Assembly (NCBI GenBank): GCA_040143965.1
Contig: JASJQH010006927.1
Coordinates: forward strand, 1-37,901
Origin: Basidiobolus ranarum
Lineage: Eukaryota
DNA: 37,901 bases
Direction of reading: 5' to 3'
A model generated the notes under the pieces. It searched no databases, had not been told where the DNA came from, and was given only the letters and a program-made list of their open reading frames with translations. Position numbers and translations under genes: made by a program. Below are positions 12,138 through 24,734 of this stretch, one piece after another; within the stretch, counting starts at the first letter, position 1, and each line of letters opens with the position of its first letter.

Positions 12138-14610
12138 TTATTCCTGAATGGAGTCCTCAACCTGTGGATCGCAATGATCTAGCAGCTGTTGCTGTGCTTG
12201 GCTTGTACTTGCTAAATAAGCCTCCCAGAGTGAGATAAGCTGAGATTTTGGATTTAGTAGACTAAACTAATCACTGGATGTAGATCAGTGGCACTTACCT
12301 CCATTTGTGTGGAGATGGTTGATCTCAGGTATTTTTCAAGGGATTGCTTAAAATCCTCGACCTTTTCTTCATCGAAGCGGATCAACTCCTGCTTCAAGGT
12401 ACTCGTGATTTCTTCGAATTTCGTCTTTTCCTGCTCAACCTTGCTCTCTGCCTAGGAATGAGAACAGGATCAGTCTCATAGGACTATATGATACATAGTC
12501 AACAACCCTGAAATACCTCAGAAGTCTCGTGCGTTAGCTGGGAGACACGCTCTGGCTTTGCTTGCTGACTGCGTAGCTTTTCTCTTTTTTTGTTGAAATC
12601 AGCAATGCTAGTGTGCCAGCTCTGATAGGCCTTGATTCTGGCGTTGAAGGCGAGCTACAAACCGAAATGAATTAATTGAAAGGGTGTGTTTGGTTGAATG
12701 GAGGCGTGAGTACTTGCTTTGATTGAACCGATTGTTCTCAGATATTCGTCCAAAGTGCTTTCAAATGTGAAGCTATCCTGGGTGGCCTGTGATAAGGTGA
12801 GATTACTATTCGCGTTAGCACAACAAATCACGGGACTACTAACTTGCTTATCTTGCAACTCTTTGATCCTCTTTTGTACTTTGGACAAGGCAATCAGGTT
12901 ATCGGTAAGTGGCTGATTTGGTTCAGCGTTAGCCAGAGTGTCGATACTCTCACCAAACTCGAGATGAGTGCCACCGAGTTCTAGAAATGGGTCAGAAATG
13001 GGTCAGAAATGGCCATTGCACATCGACCTGAAGTGATTGCACGAACCTTTGCGGTGTTTGATGAAGCTCTCGAACACCTTCATGAGGGGTTTGAGTTGGG
13101 ACTCCAGGGTTTCGATTTGGGCACGTTTATTTTCGAACCACTATGAACAGAAACCGAGGTGAGTTGAATAATTTCCATCTACTAGACGCATACTATCAAG
13201 ACGTACCTCATCAGTTTCTACGAATTTCGAGAATCCACTGGAGACCACATTACCGAATGCTTTCATCAACCCTTTAGAGCCAGTAGGTTTTCGTTCCTTG
13301 ATCTAATCTGCTTGCGTTAGTGCCATGTTCTTTACATTTCATACTTGGTGATTTTACTTCGATATTGAACTTCTCCGACTCCAAGAATACTTCCAGATCT
13401 GGATCTTGATTTAGCTTGGGATGTGCAGCAATTTTACGTAAGCATTTCTCAAGTGCTGCTCTCCGTGTCTCAATAAATTCATCTTGAAATCTACCTAAAG
13501 ATGACTTGATCGATTAACATTAGATCAAGTGAAGAAGATCCACATGAGGTTTACCTAGAGCATGTTTCTCTGGGACTGGGGGGACGATAACTCCAGGATG
13601 GTTATTTACCAATTGGTTATATAACCACAAGAAATCCCGGTATCTCCGAGTGACCGATAATTCCGAACGTTTAAAGAGGGTAGAAGTAGTCTAATGATAT
13701 TGAATGAACATGAGGAGACCATTGGAAATGCGATGAAAAGTGAACTAATTAAATAGAATACATTGGTTTTCACTTTGTATACGATATACGGGCTTATTGG
13801 GTCACCAACTTTTTGTGGTTCACAAATACTGATTTCAAAGGTTGCTTTCGAACTATCCGAGTCTATCATCTAAAAAATTCCTTGGTGAATAAATGGTTTA
13901 TTTATTTCCCATAGTATGTGACTTACTTCATTTGCTTCTTCTATAACTTCGTCTTCAGGCAAGGGCACTTCCGCTAGAGTGGTTTCTGGTTCAGCTGAAG
14001 GAATGACAGGATTAGGTGGTACTATCTCTTTAGCGATTTCAAAGGAAGGAAGAGGGGATTCAGGTGAATCTTGTTGGACATCTAAGATGTTATAAGTTGG
14101 TTCACGAACACTAGTTTTGTATTGTGTGATTGGGGGTGAAGTTTGAAATTTTGGTGAGGTGTGAAGGGTTTCAGAAGTATTGGGTTCAATATATTCAGAA
14201 GAAGAAAATACTTCATGAAGGGGAGACCCGTTAGTAGAATTTTCGGGTGAGTGAGTTTCTCCAAAAGGTGTAACATCTTCTGGTAGTTTGGGCTCTTTAT
14301 TAAAGGCAATGGGTGAGAAAGCAGCCTCTTTATCAAGTTCTTCGAGAGGATTCGAGTGAAATCCTTCTGTCTCATCCGTAGCACCTTCTGCGATCTCCAA
14401 GTTCAAGTTGGAAAATGAATTCTGAATATGGTCTTCTTGATGAGGATCAACAAATTCAGCATGATGAAATGAATCACTTGTTCGACTATTCGAAGAAGGT
14501 AAAGAAGTGAAAACGTCAGCAAAAGGGTTTACTTCCTCATACTTAATAGAAAGACCTTCTTGAGAAGGGATCAAGTCAGAAAAATCGTCGTAAATTTGGT
14601 TATTGTTCAT
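12138..14610 (-). CDS. VPS5: Retromer-associated SNX-BAR sorting nexin (Vps5/SNX1-2 family), multi-exon
   Basis: Disordered acidic N-terminus. PX domain with KVGD, YKVKT, RRYRDFLWLY, PPVPEK, FIETRRAALE. BAR region ends LISLWEAYL...DSIQE*. One intron is GC-AG (12717-12655). Confidence 0.92.
12983..13012. repeat. 11-bp intronic tandem repeat (AGAAATGGGTC x2.7)
   Basis: Read directly. It abuts a 3' splice site of VPS5 on the minus strand. Confidence 0.85.
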
Positions 14611-15154
14611 TTTCGAAAACTTCTCTATAAGTGAGGTTATTGAAGCACAAAAAGTTCACTTTAGGGGAAACTTTTCGGTAAAGATAGAGGGAAAGGATAA
14701 CTTTAGTGTACTAAAGTAGAGAATAATAGACTTGTAAAGAAACGATAAAAAGTGAAAACCTTCAAGTTTACTAGTGAACTAAGTAAAAAACCGTGTATAA
14801 ACCAAACTCCTTTCCATTTGACTTTCAGATTTCTTGTTAAGACTGCTTCAACCTACTGACCAATGGTACTTGTATTGTTTTCACTTGTTAAAATGGATTA
14901 ATATAAACTTCAATACAAATATTATTATATCTACAATATGCCTCACCGAATTCTCATTGAAAATCAATCATCATTGAATATTTTATCACTATCCCATATG
15001 GAGCGAATGAAGACGAGTATCGTAAGTTACGTGAGCTAAATCCATGAAGCGCGCAACCAACATCTAGCCTATGAAACTGTAATCGTGATCAAGATAAGCC
15101 ACCTTAAAATAGAATAGCCTGAAGATTCGCGAATGATGCAGTTGCACATCTATC

Positions 15155-16292
15155 ATGGCTCTCCACCCTCGTATTTTGGCTATAGGTTCAGTATATTTAG
15201 ACATTATCCTTGAAGTGCCTTACTATCCAGAGGAAGATAGTAAATTAAGAAGCGAACATGTTGAAAAACGTAGAGGTGGAAATTCCCCCAATACTCTAGT
15301 GGTTTTATCACAACTATTTCAAAAAAATGGTCAAGGAAGTTGCCATTTCATGGGTTCTATAGCGAGTCTTGAAAGTAAAGATAACAAGTAAAACTCACTT
15401 CTTCCTTATTTTATCTACCTTTACATGGACTGAAATTTCAATAGAGTTTTGTTGGCAGATTTAAAGGAGTATAGCATTGATCTAGATTGTTGTTTGAAAA
15501 CTGACAAAGAAGATCCCCCTACTTCCTATATTGTTGCAACCACCAAGGGAACTCGTACTATTATCAACCATAATCCATTGCCAGATGTCGATCTACTTCA
15601 TTTTAAAAATAACTATCCAAACCATGATTTTACTTGGGTACATGTCGAGGGTAGAAATATCGAAGCAGTCAGTGAAATTTTGGACTATTTGATAGAGGTT
15701 AGTTGTGTATACCACCAGGTTTGACGTTGTTATTTAGCATGTACTGAATAAAATTTCAATTTTATACAGGAAAGTGTACAAAATAAAAAGGCCATTACTA
15801 CTTCAATCGAAATAGAAAGACCTGAAAGTTTACGACCCGGCATCACTCAGTTACAAGATAAAGCAGATGTTGTATTTTACTCCAAGATATTTGCTCAGAG
15901 CTGTGGTTTTGAAGAGCCCCAAGCGTTTCTAAAATCAAGAAAAGAATTTTGCAAACCAAGGTAAAGCTTAAGTAACTCTTAAAAGTCATGTATATAGATG
16001 AATATAACCTGACATTACTTGAAGCGTCATAGCTTTCTGTACTTGGGGGAGTAAAGGTGCTGCCGCTTATCAGCCTTCTCGAGATTTATTATTGCAAGAA
16101 GAGGCTTATCCTCTGGCCCAGGTGGTAAGTTCAGTTGGTGCAGGGGATACATTCAATGCTGGAGTAATTTATGCACTTTCTATGGACTTTTCCCTACAAG
16201 ATACTTTAAAGTTCGCTTGTAAACTAGCTTCGCTCAAGTGTGGAAGATCAGATTTTTCGGGTTTAGGACAAGATATGTCAGAAGATTTGTAA
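15155..16292 (+). CDS. Ketohexokinase-like PfkB/ribokinase-family sugar kinase, 4 exons
   Basis: N-terminal IGSVYLDII...YPEEDSK...RRGGNSPNTLVVLSQL, WVHVEGRN, CTWGSKGA and the PfkB signature GAGDTFNAG. Three introns join the exons in frame. Confidence 0.88.
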
Positions 16293-16695
16293 ATAGATTC
16301 CTCAGAAAGTATCTTTTCATTTCGGACTACTCATCAATAAAATCAAGTCTTGTTCTACTCTCAATGTGGACTACGCCCCAAACCTTAGGATTAAACCATA
16401 TTTTGCTTTTGACATTGTTTCTACATCCACACCCGCATCCGCATCGCTTACACATCTGGGTAGAAGATTAACGTACTAACAACCATCAAAGTAATAAACT
16501 AAGAATATTTTAGCGATTCATCACTTCATCACTCGGATGGCTTACCCTTGTCAATTTAGTCAAGAAACAAGGATCCCAATGGCATTGATAGCTTTACAGA
16601 TAAATGAAGTTCTCATTTACTAGTCACTTGCTGCGAATATATAAGCGCGAACGAAAGTTGGTTAATAGCATCCTTCTTCTTTGGTTTACTTTCAA

Positions 16696-17207
16696 ATGAT
16701 GAAATCTAGCTGCATACTCTTAGTCTGTGTTCTCGCTGTCCACGTTCAAGCTCAAGAAGGTATATGCTTAGGAATAGAGTATGAATGAGTGAAATGTTAT
16801 TAACTTTCTTGATAGTCGCTGTCCCTCCTGCTACTGCTCGTGCCACATCTATCCGAAGCACTCCTACGGCTTTAGCCCAACCCAACCAATCTAATCAACC
16901 TAATCAACCCAATCGAACCGTCTTTGTTTCCGCTACTCCTGCTAATAATCCACCACGATCAACTAATCGTCGGAAGCAGCAGACGATAGTTGAGGAAGAT
17001 CCTGAAGATGATCGCAAATCTGAATCCAGTTCTACCACCAGTACTACTAGCACCAGTACCAGCACCAGTACCGAGACCAGTACTTCCAGCACTCCATCCT
17101 TACCTGCCTCTCCAGGTGCTCTTGCCCCATCGGATGGTGCAGCTAGTCAAGTCACCAGTACATTGTTCATTTACGCAGGACTTCTAGTGGGATATCTTCT
17201 CTATTAA
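16696..17207 (+). CDS. Small secreted Ser/Thr/Pro-rich, probably GPI-anchored protein (~151 aa, 2 exons)
   Basis: Exon 16696-16759 encodes a signal-peptide-like MMKSSCILLVCVLAVHVQA. Intron 16760-16815 is GT-AG. The ST-rich tract ends in SDGA...TLFIYAGLLVGYLLY, a GPI-signal-like tail. A TATA-like TATATAAG lies at ~16638. Confidence 0.75.
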
Positions 17208-17640
17208 GCAAGTAGCTAAAGTAGGAAACAAGAGCAACCAGCAAGATTTATCCCTATTGAAAGTAACTCAAATCCATTAATCTGACCATGATTATTAACC
17301 CATTTCTATATTCAGTTTTATTACTTCTCAGTATTTGAAGAGGACATTATCCAATCATATCTCTATCAGTATCATCATACACATTTGAAATAACATCTAA
17401 TAAATTCTCATAATCCTCCATGTCTCTGCAATGAATCGTAGAAATGGCCAAGTCTCATTGACATGTGTTGAGTGGTGGTGCCGGTGAGGATGATGAGGAC
17501 ACTGGATAATTAGAACGAAGGTATAGCATGTAGTATCAGCTCATCCGACTCCCCAACATATTAGAACAATAACATTAGACCATCAAAGTATATCTATCTC
17601 ACTAAAATATCTATTCAATATTCATCCATCAAACGCCTCT

Positions 17641-20600
17641 TCACATGGTCCTTCCTGACCCGTTCGGTCTTATATTGGGTCCTTTTTGATATCTTGAATT
17701 AACCGGTTCCATGTGGTCTCTATATTCCATGTGCATGGAGTTTGGTGGAAACCTAGGCCTGGGTTGTTGTTGACCTGAGTCAAAGAATTGATTGGGTCCA
17801 TTGGGAAAGTATGGTCTCTCATACGAATAGCCTTGATTTTGTGGAATACCGGGATAATAGTGAGGATTATAATATGGTGGAGGGACCCCGCCTCCAGGTG
17901 GGAATCCGTTGGGAAATCGTTGGAAAGCTCCGCGACGGTTTACCTCGAAATCATTCAATGGTGGCCCCACCATTGGATTTGGTGGTAATGATTCTGAGAA
18001 ACCAGGACTAGGTCGGTAGTGTCGTGCATCTGTGGGCCACTGTTTCGTTCCCAAATTTGTTCGTGGATTAGCCGGATTCATACGCCCTCTAGGGTTTGGT
18101 TGAGGTGAAGTATCCATGGATCCGTATGGTAAATGCCCATGCGGACGTATTGGTGAATGATTATTATCCAATGGTTGACTGGGCTTCATCGGGGAAGTCA
18201 GCACTTCAGATGTAGGCTTCTTCAAGAAATCATCAACATGAACAGAGGGTAAACGTGCAGCATTAGCTTTACGTGCACCATATGGGTTTCGGAATTCATT
18301 GCTTTGGTACGCTTTCCCACCACCTAGGTTAGTTCGATGGAGATCTTCTCGAGTCAACGAACTCACATGATGAGGTTCAAACGGAATAATCACTGGATCT
18401 CCTTCATCGTCACTCTCCTCATCATAAACCTTCACTCGCTTACGGATGGAAAACCCGGGGAACATTCTAAGAGCATAAGCTTTGAAGTCCCGTACTTCAT
18501 TCGAAAAATAAAAGATCTCCTCGAAATCCTCATGATACACATAATCGTCGCATTCTATAAGAGTAACTACGTTAGCTACAAAATCCATCAAAGTAAATTA
18601 ACTTCCTGTTGTTCCGAACTTACTTGATAAATTCGTTAGATCTCTAGATTTGAGGAAATCAACGAGGGTACGCTTTCTTGTTTGAAATATTCTCTCTAGA
18701 CCGATAAAGCACGCCTCAATTCCATCAAATTGCTCGTCAAATCTGTATCTACCTGAGTTGCTTTCCGCTTGTAATGAATGGGCAACTTCGAAAAGCCATT
18801 CCAATAATTCACATGATAACTTGAGTAACTTTGAATCACTTCCTTTTTCTTCTCTAGATTCTAGAATCTTCCGGCAAGCTTGTCCCTGCTCGATACAAGC
18901 CCCGAATGGGCCTAGTAGATTTCCAAAGAGAGTGATTTTGATATCGTTGTTTGTTGAGTTAGCTATGGCGTGGCTTCTCCATTGATCATAAAGTAACTTA
19001 GAAAGGTTCAATGTTTGACACATCTTCTCAAGGGTGAAAGGGTGTTGATGGTCGGATGAAATCTTTTTCATCGACTCGTTCATGATCTCGTGAATAGCGT
19101 AGCAAAAATCAGGGTTGCTAAGAATTGTCAGGGTACCAATTACTGAGCGTGATATGTCGGTCAGCATGCAAAGTGCTCTATTTTGCAACCGTGTAGGCTT
19201 GTCGCTTTGAACCCAATCCAAGAGGTTTGAGATTAGCTCAGAGAGCTGTGTGGATTGCGCATAGAGTTCAACGTTGCTATGCAACACATGCTCCTCAGAG
19301 TTGTCCAAATATATCCGTCGATCAAATTGTTCCCAGTGGTCAGACAGCAAACAAATGATTTCGATTGCAAGATCACTGACAAAATGGCTGGCTCCCAGTA
19401 GCTCAATAATATCGAAAAACATCCCTATACTATGGTCCAATCCGTTCCTAATATTGCATTCGAAGATGTCTAATAGATAAAAATGACCGGAAGGGATCTT
19501 AACAAGAGACAATAATAAACATAATAAACGCGAGATTCGCGAAGCCACAAATTGCTCTTCGAACGAACATTGTTGCCATATACACGAATCATCACTCCCT
19601 AGGGCAGGGTGTTGCAATTGATCGTTCTGATTCTGGCTTTGCTCTGAAGTTTGATATTCCGTAGCGTGAAGCACGTGACTATATACCTCCAACTCCTCGT
19701 ATAGTTGATCTATTAGCAGTTTGAAGATCCCTCGAGCAATACCTAGATCACCTATATCCAAGTCTACCATTTGAACGATCAACAAACGCAATGAGATATG
19801 AATTTCTTTACAAGAAGTGAAAATCAAAGTACGGAGAGATTCTTCGATATTATCCTTGAGCGGAAGGAGTTGGTTCGTCCAGTACATACGCAAGCAATTT
19901 TCACTGTAAATATCATCAACTCTTCTCTCCCTCAAAGGTGGGTTTTGGTGGCAATCAGAGGATTTTCTACATTGTTGTTGGACATCAATGTAGGGAGGTG
20001 GAAGTAGGCTGGTGAGTAATTTGATTCCACTAAGGAAGTGCTGCGGTGCATCATGAAGTCCATCCAATAGATACTGCACCACCTTATTTCCGATCAGACT
20101 GGTAGGGATTTTACACTTGAATCGATACTGCTCACCCCTGGCTTCTTCGCAATGGGTGTTGGTGATCTGATCGGGCACTACTATGTTAACCATGTCGAAA
20201 AACCTATATATCACCTCATGGCTACTCCGTAATAAATAGAGGCTATATGAATCAACGAATCCTCGATTCATCATGATCTCTTGATCCTTGGGCTTCAAGT
20301 TACGAATGTCCAGTTGATCAAGCGTATACAGTAGTTTGAGAATTTGCTTGAAGCATTCGTTTAGTAGGTGATCATCTCTGGTAATATCCAGGCTCATATC
20401 CTCTGAGGTTTTCTCCTCTGGCTCAGTCAAAGTGACCGATACAATGAGTCCATCACCCGTGTGATAAATAATACTGAACACCAGCTCCAAGGTAAGCAAA
20501 GTCAGCTCAAGCCACATATTTTTCATTTTGATTCTTCTGACATGGTGGCTTGGAACGGCGGTACTGGTGTATTGCGACATTGACTTCGAATATTGTTCAT

Positions 20601-23600
20601 CGGGATCCATCGAATCTGACCAAGACATTTTTGCCATATTTTCAACTATTGCTTTCTCATCCACTGATGTATCTGAATACAGTGACGAGATCTTGTTCAC
20701 CTCCCCAAGGTTCTCAATAGCTGACTCTATGATTCGAAGCAGGTAAACGAGTATTGGATCCTCTTGGGTGGCACCGATGATGTTCAGCTGTGAACTCAAG
20801 ACGCTGAGGGGATCGGTTCCAACATAGCTATGTTTCAAAAGTATCCGAATACAAAATGCAATTTTGTTGACCACAGACTCTTTGAAAAAATCCTTCTTCT
20901 CTGCATTTGCCAGAATATCTATTAATACCCCCAGATCATTGTGTTTTTGGTATTTGAGTACCGTATAATATACAGGGTCATCCTCGGCATCTTGTTGATA
21001 AGTGATCTTTAGCCGATCAAAGTCCGCGGGCGACAGTTTGATATCTAGAAGGTGATAGTACGAAAATATCGTCGTTACCAATCGTTTTGCTTGGGTATTT
21101 GAAGTAGAATACGAAATGAGAACTGGCAACGCTCCCAGAAAACTAGTCGCTGATGCAATGGCCTAGATCAAAGAGCCATTAATAAAATGGCAATGATTAC
21201 ATGCTATAAGAGTGAGAATATTCTACCTGCTTTCCAACGTTGAAAACACACATGTCGTGCATCAGCTTGATAAGATGGTTTGTCTGCAAGTAATCCTCTT
21301 TCCCTATTAATACAGGTCTCTTTCCTTTCGAGTCCGAATGAGCCATAAGCTGAGTAACTAGGCGGACAGCATAGACTTGATAAATGAGAATGGTTACGAA
21401 TTCATCCACAGTAAACTGGATTCTAGAATCTGGAATGAAGGTAAATGTTGAAACTGCGTATTCGAGGTCTGCTCTACCACGTGAATATTGATTCTCATTA
21501 ATCCACCACCGACGATAATCCAAAATCCCTGGACTGCCACGAAGTCTCTCTTCACTAAGCCAACTTAAAAGCATATCATTGAGATCATTATTCGATGGGA
21601 TTGCGCCATCCTTATGAATCAATGTATCCACCCAAACTTTGAACAAATGTTCGCTCCCTAGTACGGGCTTTTCTAGCTCACTCGAAAGATAAATGAGTCC
21701 CTGCTTAGTTTGCCATACAACCAAGCAAAAGTTGGAAAAACTAGATAAAACCTGACTACGCCGCTCTGATTCGAGAAGGCTCTTGGACATTAAAATAGTG
21801 GTCATCATCTTGGGGACGTCGTGAAAACTAAGATATCTAAAAAACGACGATTCAAGTGAATATTTCTCGTTCCGTTCAAATTCGGCCACGTTAAAGAATC
21901 CTGCTAATCTTTCAAGCGACTTGACGAATTGGTCAAGCGTGTCGATTGATTTTTCTTCCTTTATATCTATATCAGAAGCATTTAAATGGGGTGTCGACGA
22001 AGTTACATTGCTACTTTGATACCGATTGCCCTCATTACCCTTCAATTCCGCATGCTTCAACGAGATATCTTGAACTGCGGCACAGCCTTCAAAGAATGTG
22101 ATCTTTTCAACGATGCTTTTTACTAGCTCGGATGTCTCTGATGGCAACTTGTGATCGTGTAACAGAGGTAAGATGAACTTCTTATATAACGAGCCATGTT
22201 GTTCACCTTTTTCCTCTAAGATATGTTGGACAACAAGTGGATCATTGGCACATATATTGACTGCCCTTAGTATTTGAATCTTGAGATTGGTACTAGAGTT
22301 GGAAGAGTGCAAAGGATAGAGTAGAGTGTGGACTAAATTATGAACCTAAAAAAATGGTAAAACGTCATGAAACTATGATACCATTTCACGTCTACTAAAC
22401 ATGCGCTTACAAGAACTAGCCTCGATACATCATCTCCACAAGAGCACAAAGTGCATACTAAGCTCAAGCAACTTCTAAACACGGACAAAGAAAACTGAAA
22501 CAAAGTCAATAATGTGATCAATGCTAGAATGAGTGATCCGCACTTACTGCACCAGAAGTAATACTCATAGACTTGAATATTACAGACATTAACTTCTCGA
22601 AATCATCTATAAACTGTTAGAATACAAGCGTTCTTAACTGAACAATGACCTCTACATACCCTCAAACTGCAGTCGATTATTTCTTGCATATACTAGAGCG
22701 TCCTTTAGCAGCTGGTTGATTCGATGAAGTGACTGTTGAAAAACTTTAAGCTGCTCGCTAGAGTTCGGCAGAAATGCTATCTGCACTTTGGACAAATCTT
22801 CAATTTCACAGACCTGCTGTTTTAGCTCTACCCATGCTTTCTGGCTATGCAAGCTTATCACAGAGTGATGAGCCGATTTGGATAGTCCTTGAGGTGCAAG
22901 TTCCTAGAGTGTAGATCCATTAGATCATTGATAAACTGATTAGGCCACTTCATGCACTCACTGCTAATGTTTGACTTTGAGATATATACGAATAATCATG
23001 CATGAGGTGATTCAGAGTACCATTGAGGAGCGGATCAGTAGTTCCGCTGTTGTAAAATTCACCTGCTAAATTTTGGATTTCCTCGTATAAATCCTGAGCG
23101 TCGTTCAATTTACTCGCTCGGGATATCAGATTGTGATAACTATGAACAGGACTCATATATAGCTCTTCCTCATCGTCTACTACTACAGAAAAGAAATCAA
23201 CTTAGCTATGGCGAGCTCTATGAAAAACTACTGAATATTCATACTACTATCTTCGCTTTTGGCTTTGGTTCTTGTTTCAAAATCGGGTATCTATTAAACC
23301 AATTAAATGACTGACTTCATAAACTCCTTAAAGACCTCAGTATAGCAGTACCTGGCTATCTATTCTTGCGCCACTCATAGTGCCAAGGGACTCTTCTTGA
23401 GAGTAACCGTACAGACATATTGTGAGCGCCTCAAAATCTCCTTGAACCATCAAAAAACGCGTAAGGTACTAAAAATTGAACCGTTCATGAACACAAAGTA
23501 ACATTGGAGGCCCTTGTTAAAGAAATGTACCCTATGTTCTTCATCAAATTGAAATCCTTGGATTCCGGAGTTTTGAGCGTAATCGAATTCGAAAGAATCC

Positions 23601-24035
23601 AACGATTGAATGTGAGGTACCATTTTACCGAGAGTATGCCGCTCAGAAAGACTAAGTTTACCACTCGATGGTGACTTTTTATGGACTAAAACTTGAAAGG
23701 TAAGATTGGAAGGTGAAGTATGACTGATTTAATTGGATAAAATGTTAGTGAAAAGGCACTATTTCACACTTGACGTATACACATGCAACTATATATCAAT
23801 CTCCAAAGGCATGAAGTTCGTGGATAGTGACCAGTTTATATTTAAAAAAAACTCACCCTTTATATTCTGATATAGAGGTATTTGGAAAAGGGGTGATTTC
23901 TTGCGGTATGATCACCAAGTTTGTCAGAACTACATTCTTACGAAATCTTATAAATTGAGTGAAGTCGGTATCTTCACTGTTATAATTTTTGGGTGGTCTC
24001 AACGTATTGAAATATAGTAAAACCTTTTTACCCAT
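17641..24035 (-). CDS. VIRMA: Virilizer/VIRMA homologue (m6A writer scaffold), ~11 exons, roughly 1900 aa
   Basis: The spliced N-terminus (LLYFNTL, FIRF, VIIP, GHTSPS, FLMVQGDFEALTICLYG) resembles VIR_N. A long helical core leads to C-terminal ARLPSVHVDDF, like the RPPSMHVDDF motif of virilizer proteins, then a P/G/R/Y-rich disordered tail. The ORFs join through GT-AG introns. Confidence 0.82.
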
Positions 24036-24734
24036 GTTCTAGTTTTTAAGTTGGTTAAGTATGAAAGGGTAATGGTTTGACAATTGGTTTTCTGACAGAA
24101 CTTGTCGTCACTTGTAAAATTTCGAGTCTCTATGCTCTGTAATACCATTCATTAATTATCCCAGATACTTTCCCCTATTTCTTTTGGGGGATTATCTGAA
24201 TTGCTAGTCTGGAAAATTAGCGATATCTCTAAGCATTAAATTTAGCGAATATTCTAATATTTGGTTTAATTTGAACAAGTCAATCACTACATGTGGTTCT
24301 GGTGAAAAAAGCGTTGGCTTCCATGCTTAATATATCGATTGAACACTGGGTTAGGGGTTTGACTCGAAAATTTGTTAACGTTTTAACTAAATCACCCGAC
24401 TCGTGAAATGATTGACCAATGAAATATTTGATCTGAGAACGAAGTGTAAACAAACATTGGTAAACGAAAGATGTATGCTCAAGTGATGTAAATTTTGTTA
24501 CCTCACGAAAAGGAAAAAAGCCCAACAGTGTGTGTGCACAGTAGTTTTACTTTCTGAATTGAAGTGATTTCACGGTGGACAACTATCCTTCGAGAGCATT
24601 TAATCTGTTAACTCTTTCTAGCAGAACTGGATACTTTTATTGGAATTTTTGAATTCTTTCCCTTTCGAATTTTGGTGCGATTTCCTTCCAACCATCTATT
24701 TATAAGCATAACTATTACGATATAATACGAAAAT

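Noticed and set aside
18555..18623. Apparent stop or frameshift splitting the 843-aa and 316-aa ORFs
   Set aside because: Explained by a canonical intron (GTAAGT...GCTAAC...TAG) that joins them in frame.
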